Shown here piece after piece: positions 1 through 10,115 of a stretch of 64,000 nucleotides of DNA. The stretch is from contig CBDVDR010000001.1 of the NCBI GenBank assembly GCA_965372795.1, forward strand, positions 192,001 to 256,000. The letters are read 5' to 3'. The notes under the pieces were generated by a model. That model was given only the letters and a program-made list of their open reading frames with translations. It ran no database searches and was not told the DNA's origin. The DNA is from an uncultured bacterium. GTDB lineage: Bacteria; Zixibacteria; MSB-5A5; GN15; FEB-12. Within the stretch, counting starts at the first letter, position 1; each line of letters opens with the position of its first letter. The position numbers and the translations under genes are program-made.

Positions 1-2
1 TT

Positions 3-617
3 AGATCAGTTGATTTAGGACTTACATCTGGAAAATGTGAACTGACTGATTTCAAAATCGCCAATCCTGATGGTTTCACAACCGACCAGTTCTTTTTGCT
101 AAGAACAGGAGTACTTGATATTAAACCCAAAGCGATCTTTGATAATAAAATTGTTGTTGAGTCGCTGATTATTGATGGCGTCAGACTTAATTTGGAACAG
201 ATTGATAAAAAGGGAAACTTCACAGAAATAATGAACCATGTCAACCAGATTGATTTTGGTGAATCATCAGAAAGCAATCAAACCATTCTAATCAAAAAAG
301 TTGTTATTAGTGATGTTGAAGTTACCACTACCCTGACTCTGATGGGTAAAGAACGGTTCAACAAAGCTTTCAAACTTGATAACTTCACAATCAACAATTT
401 GGGTGGGGACGATGGTGCCCCAATCGCAGTAATAGTTTCTGATCTTGTAAAAAAAGTTGTATCAAAAGCTCTGACATCAGACAAAAACCAATTGAATATA
501 AGCTTTGATGAGCAAATTGATAAACTCAAAGAAGATGCCAAAGATGCTACTGAAAAAGTTAAGGATGAAGCAAAAGATAAACTTAATAAACTGGGTAAAT
601 CTATAATCGGGGGATGA
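3..617 (+). CDS. AsmA/DUF748-like protein, 5' end probably outside window
   Basis: Frame is open from base 3 (RSVDLGLTSGKCELTDFKIANPDGF...); IANPxGF motif and beta-rich body resemble AsmA-like proteins; charged helical tail. Confidence 0.5.
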   Translation, partial: RSVDLGLTSGKCELTDFKIANPDGFTTDQFFLLRTGVLDIKPKAIFDNKIVVESLIIDGVRLNLEQIDKKGNFTEIMNHVNQIDFGESSESNQTILIKKVVISDVEVTTTLTLMGKERFNKAFKLDNFTINNLGGDDGAPIAVIVSDLVKKVVSKALTSDKNQLNISFDEQIDKLKEDAKDATEKVKDEAKDKLNKLGKSIIGG

Positions 618-758
618 TAATGTTTAAGTATCTTATTGCATAATAATAGTTTGTCACAATTTGTATAACTTACTATTTCATTATTGATTACCGGTTTAAG
701 TAGATAAATAGTTCATCTGGAACAATTTATTCAGTTCTACAGTTCTATATAAGTTAGT

Positions 759-1733
759 ATGAAGAAATTAGTTAACATGTATAGAAGACAGAAATCAGAA
801 CTCAAAAATTTAGCTCTGATGATTATGGGGATATTATTAATATTAACTCTAATATTTACTACCAATATTATGTCAAAAAATAACTCAAAAAATAATCGCT
901 TAACTACCGCAGAAGAAGCTGTCATTGTCAACAAGGGGACCGAACAACCGTTCAGCGGAATTTATAATGACCATAAAGAAAAGGGCACCTATGTCTGCAA
1001 AAGATGTGATGCTCCTCTTTATAAATCGGAAGATAAATTCGATTCCCATTGCGGATGGCCGAGTTTTGATGATGAGATTTCAAATGCAATTAAGCATCTC
1101 CCCGATGCTGATGGCAGTCGTACTGAGATTCTTTGTAATAACTGTGGCGGGCATCTTGGACATATTTTTATCGGCGAAGGTTTGACCGATAAGAATACCC
1201 GACATTGTGTAAATTCTATTTCAATGAACTTTATTTCCGCTACCAATGATAAACTTGAAAAAGCTTATTTTGCAGGAGGATGTTTCTGGGGGGTTGAACA
1301 CTATTTTCTGGAAGCCGAAGGAGTTGTTTCAACTGATGTCGGTTTTATGGGTGGCAAAACGGACAACCCTACTTATTCTGAAATTTGTTACGAAAACACC
1401 GGGCATGCCGAAGTTTTAGAGGTTGTATTTGATCCGGAAGTAACCTCGTTTGAAAAAATGGCAAAACTATTTTTTGAGATTCATGATCCCTCACAAATAA
1501 ACCGACAGGGTCCTGATGTCGGCGATCAATATCGGTCGGCAGTATTTTACATTAACGACAACCAAAAAGAGATAACCGAAAAACTTGTAAATATTCTTCG
1601 TGAAAAAAAGTATGATGTTGCAACTGAAATTACTATGGCTGGCTCTTTTTGGATCGCAGAAGAAAATCATCAGGAATATTACAAAAAGAAAAACGGTCTT
1701 CCCTACTGTCATTCTTATCAGAAAAAATTCTAA
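759..1733 (+). CDS. msrAB: Bifunctional methionine sulfoxide reductase, MsrB-MsrA order
   Basis: MsrB motifs GTEQPF, CKRC/CNNC, GWPSF, RHCVNS, then MsrA motifs GGCFWG, GHAE, QGPDVGDQYRS, AEENHQEY; exact start uncertain, hydrophobic N-terminal stretch. Confidence 0.93.
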   Translation: MKKLVNMYRRQKSELKNLALMIMGILLILTLIFTTNIMSKNNSKNNRLTTAEEAVIVNKGTEQPFSGIYNDHKEKGTYVCKRCDAPLYKSEDKFDSHCGWPSFDDEISNAIKHLPDADGSRTEILCNNCGGHLGHIFIGEGLTDKNTRHCVNSISMNFISATNDKLEKAYFAGGCFWGVEHYFLEAEGVVSTDVGFMGGKTDNPTYSEICYENTGHAEVLEVVFDPEVTSFEKMAKLFFEIHDPSQINRQGPDVGDQYRSAVFYINDNQKEITEKLVNILREKKYDVATEITMAGSFWIAEENHQEYYKKKNGLPYCHSYQKKF

Positions 1734-1763
1734 GTGCGGCTAAGCCGCTTTTATTGATTATTA

Positions 1764-1797
1764 AAAAACGGAAGACTTAATTAGGTCCTCCGTTTTT
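1764..1797 (-). terminator. Intrinsic terminator between convergent genes
   Basis: AAAAAACGGAAGAC...GTCCTCCGTTTTT imperfect stem flanked by A/T runs; second small hairpin GCGGC-TAA-GCCGC-TTTT just after the msrAB stop. Confidence 0.6.
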
Positions 1798-1824
1798 CGT
1801 TTGATCAAACTACTAATAGTAGGA

Positions 1825-2748
1825 TCATTTATTTTCACAGATTGGCGGCGGTCCGCCTCTGAACATATAATCAATAAAGTAAGTCAGATCGGATATATCA
1901 ATACCGCCGCTGCCATTACAATCAGCTGACATTAAATATTCAGGTTCAGGTGCCTGACGGAACATATAATCAATCAAAAAAGTCAAATCCGATATATCTA
2001 CAAACCTCCCATCGTTGTTCATATCGCCGCAGTTGTAAGTCTGACTACAAGGAGCAGTCACGTTAAGAGTTACATCAACATACTGAGGGCTATTCGAAAC
2101 ATCAGGGCTAAAAACAAATAAAGTTAAATTATAATTTCCAACATCAAGATTTGTTGTTGTTAAATAGACTTGAGATAAATTATTGGAAGAATAACCTGTT
2201 GACGGTGAGACACCTAGCCAACTTGTACTATCACTAATATCAACTGACCAATTAATAGCCTGACTTGCTGATGCATTATAAATATTCAGATATTGTGAAA
2301 CCGGCAAAGCCTCACCCTGACAGACATCAAAAGTCATTGAGAGGGGGGATACTCCAAGTTGGTCTTGACTATTGCAAGGCGGTGAAACATTTAGATTCAC
2401 GTTAATATACTGTGGGCTATTCGTAACATCGGGGCTTTCAACTGTTATTGTAGCAGTATATCCTCCTGGAGAAAAGTCGGTAGTTGTTAAATTATACCCA
2501 ACACTACTATATTCAGCGTAACCCGATGTTTGTGTTAACTCTAACCAAAATTGATTGGAAATTGCTGTCCAATTTATAGCTCCACTGCCTGTCCCATTAT
2601 AAATATTTAGCATTGGGGATACTGGCATATCATCTGTTCCCTGACAGAAACTAATATTAATTTCTTGAGGAGAAACAACTAGACTCTGTGCATTAACTGT
2701 TGAAAAGATGATTGTGAATAATATCAACGCAGTAAGAAATTTTTTCAT
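1825..2748 (-). CDS. Secreted protein with two BACON/Ig-like domains and C-terminal dockerin-like module
   Basis: Signal peptide MKKFLTAL...VNA-Q after GAGGG SD; ~105-aa tandem duplication (VSP...LNIYN...AINW...WL...SPDVxNSPQY); twin DISDLT EF-hand-like repeats. Confidence 0.75.
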   Translation of the reverse strand: MKKFLTALILFTIIFSTVNAQSLVVSPQEINISFCQGTDDMPVSPMLNIYNGTGSGAINWTAISNQFWLELTQTSGYAEYSSVGYNLTTTDFSPGGYTATITVESPDVTNSPQYINVNLNVSPPCNSQDQLGVSPLSMTFDVCQGEALPVSQYLNIYNASASQAINWSVDISDSTSWLGVSPSTGYSSNNLSQVYLTTTNLDVGNYNLTLFVFSPDVSNSPQYVDVTLNVTAPCSQTYNCGDMNNDGRFVDISDLTFLIDYMFRQAPEPEYLMSADCNGSGGIDISDLTYFIDYMFRGGPPPICENK

Positions 2749-2915
2749 TGAGCCCTCTATCGTCAATCCTTAATTTTCTTGAATAATAATAAATGGAGCC
2801 GTGCTCAAACTTATCAACGATATTGGATAAATATATTGTAAGTAGGCTCCGTAGAAATAAATATACTAAGAAATTTGAACAAGTCAAGGATATTCAGGTC
2901 TTTTATTCTCTTATA

Positions 2916-4805
2916 TTAAAGTTTGGAGTTGTCAATCTGAATATCTTTTTGATACTCTTCAGTGATCCTCAACAGAAATTGATCATATCTTGGGTCTGCC
3001 GGTCCAACTCGTTGGGCTGTAATATATTTGTACGCCGTCTCAAAATCACCGATGTTATAATAAACAGCCGCCAAATTCACTAATGTCTGCTCAAGTTTTG
3101 GAGAAACCTGTAAAGCCTTTTGGTACAGTTCAATAGCTTCCTGATGTTTCTCATCCATCTCATACAAAGTGGCTAAGTTATTTAAAACCTGAATATGATT
3201 CGGGTTTGCGTCCAAGGCTCGTTGATAGTCATCGAACGCTTCATCAAGTCGGTTTAATTGTGAGTTTGCAATCCCCCGATAACAGGCAAGTGGCGTAGAA
3301 GTCGGATCAACATTCACAAAATCAAAATTCACCTTGTCAATTTGTGCAACCATCATTGACCAGTTATTAACCGAACCGGCAGCCACGGCAAGTTTGACAT
3401 GTTTTTCGGCGTTAAAACGGGTTATCGATAAAAAGAGAGAAAATATAGTTACTGCTCCCATAATCAGTAAGAACATGATCGTAAATGGTTTTGAATTAGT
3501 TTGTTTGGAATTAACAGAAGTAAAACTGATTGATTCAATCATAGCCAGGTAGACCATGAAGATTGCCATATGAAATATTCTTTCTCTCGGATAACTGAAA
3601 AAGGAAATAACCATAAACCCAATAATTCCAAATAGAAACATCCATGCTTTTATAATTTTATCATCTTCGGAGCTGTTTTTTAAAATCTTAATACATCTGA
3701 TAATTGCATAGAGAAACAATCCCAAATACAATAATAATCCAACAGGACCAGACTCGGTAAGATTCCATAAGAAGTCATTATGAGGTCGTTGAAAGAAAGT
3801 ACTTGATTGAGAATAGACTCTCCCCTCAACTCCGTAATATGGCAATACAATTTTCCAATTTCCGATTCCCACCCCAAGAATCGGATTATCAAAATACATC
3901 TGAATTGATTTGGACCATAGTCCTAATCTGATTTGAATAGACTCTATAGATGTATAATTTGAATTCGTTTCGGATTTGTAATCATTTGATAAATATAACA
4001 ATCCGGAGATAAGAAAAATTAACGATAGAATTAAAATAACTGCAATTATTATCTTTGAATATTTTTTAATAATATTTAAAAACCTGATAGATGATTTGTT
4101 AAATGTTTTTGAATTCATGGCAAGAGCAAGCAGCGAGAACAATAGTCCAACAGCTAATCCCAGATAAACGCTGCGGGTTTTACTTATAAGAATCAAAACC
4201 AGCGAAAATGCAACAGTTGCAGCCCCAAAATAACGAGTCAGTTTATTGTCCCTGAAAGTTGAAATAATGCTAAAAGGCAGACATAGAAATATTGCTGAAG
4301 CTAACAGATTTTTATTCGCCATGGTACCGAATGGAATAATATTACCCGGTAAATTTGTAAATCCAAGTTGGAAATATTGCAGTAATCCAATTATTGAAAG
4401 TATTAGTCCTGACAATGTAATAACGGAAATTACGTATGATTGGTTTTTTGATGATCTAAATAGAAAAATTAAAGTTATCAGCAGAACTAACCAAATGGAA
4501 ACTTTACATAACTCAAAAAGACCTTCCTGAAGGTTAATAACATTAACAAGCGAAACCAAATTTATCAGAAAAAATAAAGATAGAATTATAACAGTGACAG
4601 AAGAGATTACTGGTGTAGTATTTATTTGAAAATTATTCGATTTAATCAAAAGTGTAATTATTAAAATCAAAAGTATAACTGATTGAAACATAAGTCTAAT
4701 TGAAGAAACCGGATCAATGGTTTGAAATGAATAAATTAAAGGTAGAAATAATAATAAAGTTACTAATACAAGGCTTTGAATTTTATCGTTTATTTTTGAT
4801 TTCAT
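2916..4805 (-). CDS. O-antigen ligase (Wzy_C) family membrane protein with C-terminal TPRs
   Basis: Many TM segments; GTMANKN, SKTRS, RLGLW, GVGIGNW, RPHNDFL...ESG motifs; TPR pattern AFDDYQRALDANP / AIELYQKALQVSP. Confidence 0.85.
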   Translation of the reverse strand: MKSKINDKIQSLVLVTLLLFLPLIYSFQTIDPVSSIRLMFQSVILLILIITLLIKSNNFQINTTPVISSVTVIILSLFFLINLVSLVNVINLQEGLFELCKVSIWLVLLITLIFLFRSSKNQSYVISVITLSGLILSIIGLLQYFQLGFTNLPGNIIPFGTMANKNLLASAIFLCLPFSIISTFRDNKLTRYFGAATVAFSLVLILISKTRSVYLGLAVGLLFSLLALAMNSKTFNKSSIRFLNIIKKYSKIIIAVILILSLIFLISGLLYLSNDYKSETNSNYTSIESIQIRLGLWSKSIQMYFDNPILGVGIGNWKIVLPYYGVEGRVYSQSSTFFQRPHNDFLWNLTESGPVGLLLYLGLFLYAIIRCIKILKNSSEDDKIIKAWMFLFGIIGFMVISFFSYPRERIFHMAIFMVYLAMIESISFTSVNSKQTNSKPFTIMFLLIMGAVTIFSLFLSITRFNAEKHVKLAVAAGSVNNWSMMVAQIDKVNFDFVNVDPTSTPLACYRGIANSQLNRLDEAFDDYQRALDANPNHIQVLNNLATLYEMDEKHQEAIELYQKALQVSPKLEQTLVNLAAVYYNIGDFETAYKYITAQRVGPADPRYDQFLLRITEEYQKDIQIDNSKL

Positions 4806-4940
4806 ATTATACCCGTTAATATTTACTAAAAAAAACGGATTCCGTCAACCTATTGACAGAATCCGTCATAGAAAATTTGCTCAAAGCAAAAATGACTAAT
4901 CAATGGAACTTTGAATTACATCCATTTGTTATAACTATTA

Positions 4941-5050
4941 GCTTGAACAGCATTTATCTCTCAAAGCTCAAATGTTCAAGCATCTATGTTGTACGACTCC
5001 TTAGTTGAGCCGGATCTATTTTCTCCCCCTCGATAGGTCCGGCTTTTTTT
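4941..5050 (+). ncRNA. Candidate small RNA (hairpin, CTCCTT linker, terminator with C-rich loop)
   Basis: GCTTGAACA...TGTTCAAGC stem 4941-4981; AGCCGGATCTAT/ATAGGTCCGGCT stem plus T run; lies between two minus-strand genes, so no + gene explains this terminator. Confidence 0.4.
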
Positions 5051-5068
5051 ATGGACATTTTTTTTCAT

Positions 5069-5100
5069 AAAAAAAGAGCCGCCAAAAGTGACGGCTCTTA
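5069..5100 (-). terminator. Intrinsic terminator of the giant repeat-protein gene
   Basis: Minus strand AAGAGCCGTCACTTTTGGCGGCTCTTTTTTT, about 12 nt after the stop. Confidence 0.75.
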
Positions 5101-5112
5101 TTAAGTTTATCT

Positions 5113-8100
5113 TTACTTAACTTGAGGACAGTCGGGAGGTTGAGCTCCGCCTAAGAATAGGTAATCAACAAGGAAAGTAAGATCGCTAATGTTCACCGGT
5201 GGGACAGAAGAATCACCGTTAGCATTAGCTTCATTTTGACATTCAGGTTCAGGTCCACCCTGGAATAAACGCCAAACCAGATAGGTAATATCAGTAATAT
5301 TGATATCATCATCCGGATCGTAGTTGGTATTTCCACGGTAATCAATACAACAAATTAATTCAAAGATATGGTTCTTATACCATTTCCGAGCCGCTCTCGT
5401 ACCTAAATTATAAGTGGTGCTGGTACCATCAAGTACCGTCATGACCGCAGTATAAATATACATTGTATCATCCGGATTAACAGTATAATCTGACAGATAA
5501 ACTAAGCCAGCAAACTGATCTCCAATCGAACCAGGCCAAACCGAATAATTTGGCATAAAGGGTTCTTTTTCCATCAAACTATAAATTTCTCCCGGCACAA
5601 ATTTTCTATTAGGCCAGAGATACGTTTCATTTGACTCAGTAAATTGGAAATACGGATTAGGAGCAGCATGATCGAGAGGTGTATTCAGATAACTGCCAAG
5701 CATAAACATCCCGGCAAATCTCCGATCGGCATTGAAACAATCTTCAGGATCTGCTACTATGCCAGTCATGTAAATAGATTCCGAGAAAGAACTATATTCA
5801 GAAATATTATCTGTCCCATAATATGAAGGAACATCAAAGTCAGCAACATTACCGATTTTAATTCCACTATGGGAGAATCCATCAAAGGAATATACTTTCA
5901 AACGCTGAATAACAAAATTGCATGAATCAGGCTGCTTAGGAGCCCACCAATCAGCTTCCATTCCTATCGTTGAATCAGAGGTGATAAATGTTCCTGATTG
6001 GAAATGATCAAACTCTGATGTTGTCACAGTTGGTACAAATGGATTTCCGATTTCCGGAACTTTCAAAGAAGTTTCCTCAAACATCGCATAATTGACAATT
6101 GTATCGACACCATCAATATATCCGATAATCGGCGATGCGTCATACAAATAAGGTATGGTACCTTGGAAACATCCTTCTTCAATGTAACCCAAGTTTGCAA
6201 GACCATCACCACCATTGTACTTATTTCCCCAGTTACCATTATTGGAGACAATTAAATTAGTACATTCAGTTTCAATTGTATCGCGAAATATTAGTCCAAA
6301 GTCACAAGCATCACCAATACCATTATTGTCCGTATCAAGTTGATCCGGATTAGGAATATCGGGACAGTTATCTTCTGGACATGTATTCGCTGCAAAGCCA
6401 GGGTCACCGGCTCCATCACCGTCGGTATCCGTACACTCATCACAAGCATCACCAATGCCATCATTATCAGTATCAGTCTGACTGACATTGTAGACATCCG
6501 GGCAATTATCACAGGCATTACCCAAATTATCATTATCATTGTTTGCTTGATCATTATTTGGAGTAGTTAAACAATTGTCACAATCGTCCCCAACATTATC
6601 AGAATCACCGTCTGTTTGTTGAGGGTTGCCTATGGTTGGACAATTATCACATTCATCTCCAAAAGTATCAAAGTCAGTATCAAACTGATCAGGATTTGGA
6701 ACAACGGGACAATTGTCACATTCATCACCGACAGTATCAATGTCGGTATCTGTCTGATTAGGATTGGTGTCCTCTGGACAATTATCACATTCATCGCCAT
6801 AGATATCAGAATCACTGTTGATCTGAGAAGCATTCGGATCATCAGGACAGTTATCACAGGCATCACCAGCACCGTCGACATCGACATCTTCCTGATTTGG
6901 ATTGTAGTCATCAGGACAGATATCACAGTCTGAACCTAAATTATCATTATCAGGATCTTCCTGATTAGGATTTGGAACTGCAGGACAATTATCACAGTCA
7001 TCACCGACATTATCAGTATCAGTATCTACTTGTGAAGGATTGTCAACATCTGGACAATTATCACAATCATCACCAAATATATCAGCATCACTATTTGTCT
7101 GATTAGGATTTGGATCAGTCGGACAGTTATCACAGTCATCACCGACATTATCTGTATCTACATCGGTTTGATCCGGATTCGGATCTGCCGGACAGTTATC
7201 ACAGGCATCACCGGTGCCATCCACATCAACATCTTCCTGATTAGGATTAGCTTCAAGTGGACAATTATCACAATCATCACCGACGGCATCAAAATCTATA
7301 TCAGCCTGAGATGGGTTCGGATCATCCGGACAGTTGTCGCAAGCATCACCGTCGCCGTCATTATCGATATCGGCTTGATCAGGATTAGGTATTGTCGGAC
7401 AATTATCACAAGCATCACCGACACCATCGCCATCACTGTCTAATTGTAATGGGTCTGAATTTTCGGGACAAATGTCACAATCATCACCAATTCCATCACT
7501 ATCCATATCAGATTGAGATGGGTTGTCAATGGTAGGGCAATTATCACACTCATCACCATATATGTCAGCATCACTGTTTGCTTGATTAGTATTTGGATCA
7601 TCAGGACAGTTGTCACAATCATCACCAACAGTATCATTATCAGTATCAACCTGAGTTGGGTTAGGAACTACCGGACAGTTATCACAGGCATCACCGGCAC
7701 CGTCAACATCAGTATCTTCCTGATTAGGATCAAAGTTATCAGGACAAATATCACAGTCAGAACCTATATTATCATTATCAGGATCTTCCTGATTTGGATT
7801 AGGAACAGCTGGACAATTATCACAGTCATCACCGACATTATCAGCATCAGTATCGACCTGTGTAGAATTATCAACATCAGGACAATTATCGCACTCATCG
7901 CCAAAAATATCAGCATCACTGTTAGTTTGATTTACATTTGGATCATCCGGACAGTTATCACAATCATCCCCGACCGTATCAGCATCGGTATCTGTCTGGA
8001 TTGGATTCGGAACCGCCGGGCAATTATCACAAGCATCACCGGCTCCATCAACATCAGCGTCTTCCTGATTAGGATCGAAATCATCAGGACAAATATCACA

Positions 8101-10008
8101 GTCAGAACCTATGTTATCAGTATCAGGATCTTCCTGATTAGGGTTAGGATCAGCCGGACAATTATCACAATCATCTCCGACACCATCAGCATCGACATCT
8201 TCCTGTCCCGGATTAAATATTCCAGGGCAGTTATCACAGGCATCACCGATACCATCGCCGTCACTATCTAATTGAAGAGGATCAGGATCAGTTGGGCAAA
8301 TATCGCAGTCGTCGCCCACTCCATCACCATCAGTATCGGTTTGAGCAGGATTGTCAACGGTCGGACAATTATCACACTCATCACCATATATATCATTATC
8401 ACTGTTAGTTTGAATTGGGTTTGGATCTGCTGGACAGTTGTCACAATCATCTCCAACGGTATCGTTATCAGTATCCGCCTGAGTTGGATTCGGATCAGCC
8501 GGACAATTGTCACAGGCATCACCGGCTCCGTCAACATCAGCATCTTCCTGATTCGGATCAAAATCATCAGGACAGATATCACAGGCAGAACCTAAATTAT
8601 CATTATCAGGATCAGCTTGATTTTGATTAGGATCGGCAGGACAGTTATCACAGTCATCGCCAACGCCATCATTATCAGCATCTTCCTGACCCGGGTTATA
8701 TGTTCCCGGACAGTTATCACAGGCATTACCGACACCATCATTGTCAAAATCAAATTGACCAGGGTCGGAGACAGTTGGACAGATGTCACAATCATCACCA
8801 ATACCGTCATTATCAAAGTCGGATTGAGTAGGATTATCTATGGTAGGACAATTATCACACTCATCACCATATATATCAGCGTCACTGTTAGCTTGATTTA
8901 AATTTGGATCAGTTGGGCAATTATCACAATCATCTCCAACCGTATCGTTATCAGTATCAGCCTGATTTGGATTTGGATCTGTCGGACAGTTATCACAGGC
9001 ATCACCTGCTCCGTCAGCATCTCCATCTAATTGATTAGGATCGTAATCATCAGGACAGATATCGCAATCCGAACCTAAATTATCATTATCAGGGTCTTCC
9101 TGATTTGGATTCGGATCCGTTGGACAATTGTCGCAATCATCACCAACAGTATCGTTATCTGTATCAGTTTGTGATGGATTAGGATCAGCCGGACAATTAT
9201 CACAGTCGTCTCCGGCTCCATCATTATCAGCATCTTCCTGATTTGGATTTGGATTTGTTGGACAATTATCACAATCATTACCAACATTATCACCATCCGA
9301 ATCAGCCTGGCTGATATTAATTACATCCGGGCAATTGTCACAGGCATCGCCAATCCCGTCGCCATCAAAATCAGCTTGATCGGGATTATAGGTACTTGGA
9401 CAATTATCACAACTGTTTGCAAAACCGTCACCATCAGAATCAGTGCCGGTCGGACATCCATTAATAACATAGGTATGAGGACCATCCCAGTCAGGACCAA
9501 TTTTTCCTGATGGTAATGACCATTCCCATGCATTTGAAGGTGGATACCAGGTAGAATCAAGGACGATTGTTTTACCACTATGTGATATATCAATCGGACC
9601 TATTGTTATGGTATAAGCAACTTCATCAAAACCACTTGGAATACCGGTTTTGAATATTTTAAATCCCCCAAACCCGACAGTATCACAGCCCATGCCATTA
9701 GCACTATACTGATTTGTGAACACTCCCTGATCATACATATCAGTATTAATTGCCCCGGTTGAGGATGGAGTTGTTGCTCCCCAGGTTGCTCCTTCGGGAG
9801 AACAAATTTGGAACCCATTGGTATTCCCTGTAATCGGTTCACCTTGTAAATTTGTAACTCTAATGTGAAATACAATCGGAATTCCTGTTCCGATTTGATT
9901 AGTACCTACTAGTCCATCAACATGGTCTAGCGAATTGCCACCCACCCCAAAAGCTGCTGTAAAGGTACACAGCACCAAGATGGTGAGGGCGAGAAATTTC
10001 TTAACCAT
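5113..10008 (-). CDS. Giant secreted thrombospondin type-3 repeat protein with C-terminal dockerin-like module
   Basis: Signal peptide, GGAGG SD; N-terminal beta domain; 43 exact repeats DxDxDxxGDxCDNCPxxxNPxQx; globular domain; twin NI(T/S)D(I/L)T dockerin-like repeats. Confidence 0.9.
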   Translation of the reverse strand: MVKKFLALTILVLCTFTAAFGVGGNSLDHVDGLVGTNQIGTGIPIVFHIRVTNLQGEPITGNTNGFQICSPEGATWGATTPSSTGAINTDMYDQGVFTNQYSANGMGCDTVGFGGFKIFKTGIPSGFDEVAYTITIGPIDISHSGKTIVLDSTWYPPSNAWEWSLPSGKIGPDWDGPHTYVINGCPTGTDSDGDGFANSCDNCPSTYNPDQADFDGDGIGDACDNCPDVINISQADSDGDNVGNDCDNCPTNPNPNQEDADNDGAGDDCDNCPADPNPSQTDTDNDTVGDDCDNCPTDPNPNQEDPDNDNLGSDCDICPDDYDPNQLDGDADGAGDACDNCPTDPNPNQADTDNDTVGDDCDNCPTDPNLNQANSDADIYGDECDNCPTIDNPTQSDFDNDGIGDDCDICPTVSDPGQFDFDNDGVGNACDNCPGTYNPGQEDADNDGVGDDCDNCPADPNQNQADPDNDNLGSACDICPDDFDPNQEDADVDGAGDACDNCPADPNPTQADTDNDTVGDDCDNCPADPNPIQTNSDNDIYGDECDNCPTVDNPAQTDTDGDGVGDDCDICPTDPDPLQLDSDGDGIGDACDNCPGIFNPGQEDVDADGVGDDCDNCPADPNPNQEDPDTDNIGSDCDICPDDFDPNQEDADVDGAGDACDNCPAVPNPIQTDTDADTVGDDCDNCPDDPNVNQTNSDADIFGDECDNCPDVDNSTQVDTDADNVGDDCDNCPAVPNPNQEDPDNDNIGSDCDICPDNFDPNQEDTDVDGAGDACDNCPVVPNPTQVDTDNDTVGDDCDNCPDDPNTNQANSDADIYGDECDNCPTIDNPSQSDMDSDGIGDDCDICPENSDPLQLDSDGDGVGDACDNCPTIPNPDQADIDNDGDGDACDNCPDDPNPSQADIDFDAVGDDCDNCPLEANPNQEDVDVDGTGDACDNCPADPNPDQTDVDTDNVGDDCDNCPTDPNPNQTNSDADIFGDDCDNCPDVDNPSQVDTDTDNVGDDCDNCPAVPNPNQEDPDNDNLGSDCDICPDDYNPNQEDVDVDGAGDACDNCPDDPNASQINSDSDIYGDECDNCPEDTNPNQTDTDIDTVGDECDNCPVVPNPDQFDTDFDTFGDECDNCPTIGNPQQTDGDSDNVGDDCDNCLTTPNNDQANNDNDNLGNACDNCPDVYNVSQTDTDNDGIGDACDECTDTDGDGAGDPGFAANTCPEDNCPDIPNPDQLDTDNNGIGDACDFGLIFRDTIETECTNLIVSNNGNWGNKYNGGDGLANLGYIEEGCFQGTIPYLYDASPIIGYIDGVDTIVNYAMFEETSLKVPEIGNPFVPTVTTSEFDHFQSGTFITSDSTIGMEADWWAPKQPDSCNFVIQRLKVYSFDGFSHSGIKIGNVADFDVPSYYGTDNISEYSSFSESIYMTGIVADPEDCFNADRRFAGMFMLGSYLNTPLDHAAPNPYFQFTESNETYLWPNRKFVPGEIYSLMEKEPFMPNYSVWPGSIGDQFAGLVYLSDYTVNPDDTMYIYTAVMTVLDGTSTTYNLGTRAARKWYKNHIFELICCIDYRGNTNYDPDDDINITDITYLVWRLFQGGPEPECQNEANANGDSSVPPVNISDLTFLVDYLFLGGAQPPDCPQVK
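6475..9441 (-). repeat. 43 tandem in-register 69-bp (23-aa) TSP3-type coding repeats, plus about 2 degenerate units to ~6298
   Basis: Hand-split translation; 43 x 69 = 2967 bp matches the boundaries exactly. Confidence 0.9.
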
Positions 10009-10115
10009 AGAAAATCCTCCCTTTGGTGTTTTTGAGAGACGTATAGTTTAAAAATTTAAGTAAATAAAAAATAATTTAATGGTTCAAATTTATGTAAATA
10101 AAGATCGACAATATT

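Noticed and set aside
2793..3083. 96-aa + strand ORF
   Set aside because: Largely antisense to the ligase gene; no motif support
6475..9441. CRISPR array or DGR template/variable repeats
   Set aside because: In-frame degenerate coding repeats with no unique spacers; no cas or reverse transcriptase gene in the window
6291..9593. Many alternative-frame and antisense ORFs in the repeat region (e.g. 7513-8271 +)
   Set aside because: Shadows of the 69-bp coding repeat; Ile/Thr/Met-rich translations with no independent evidence
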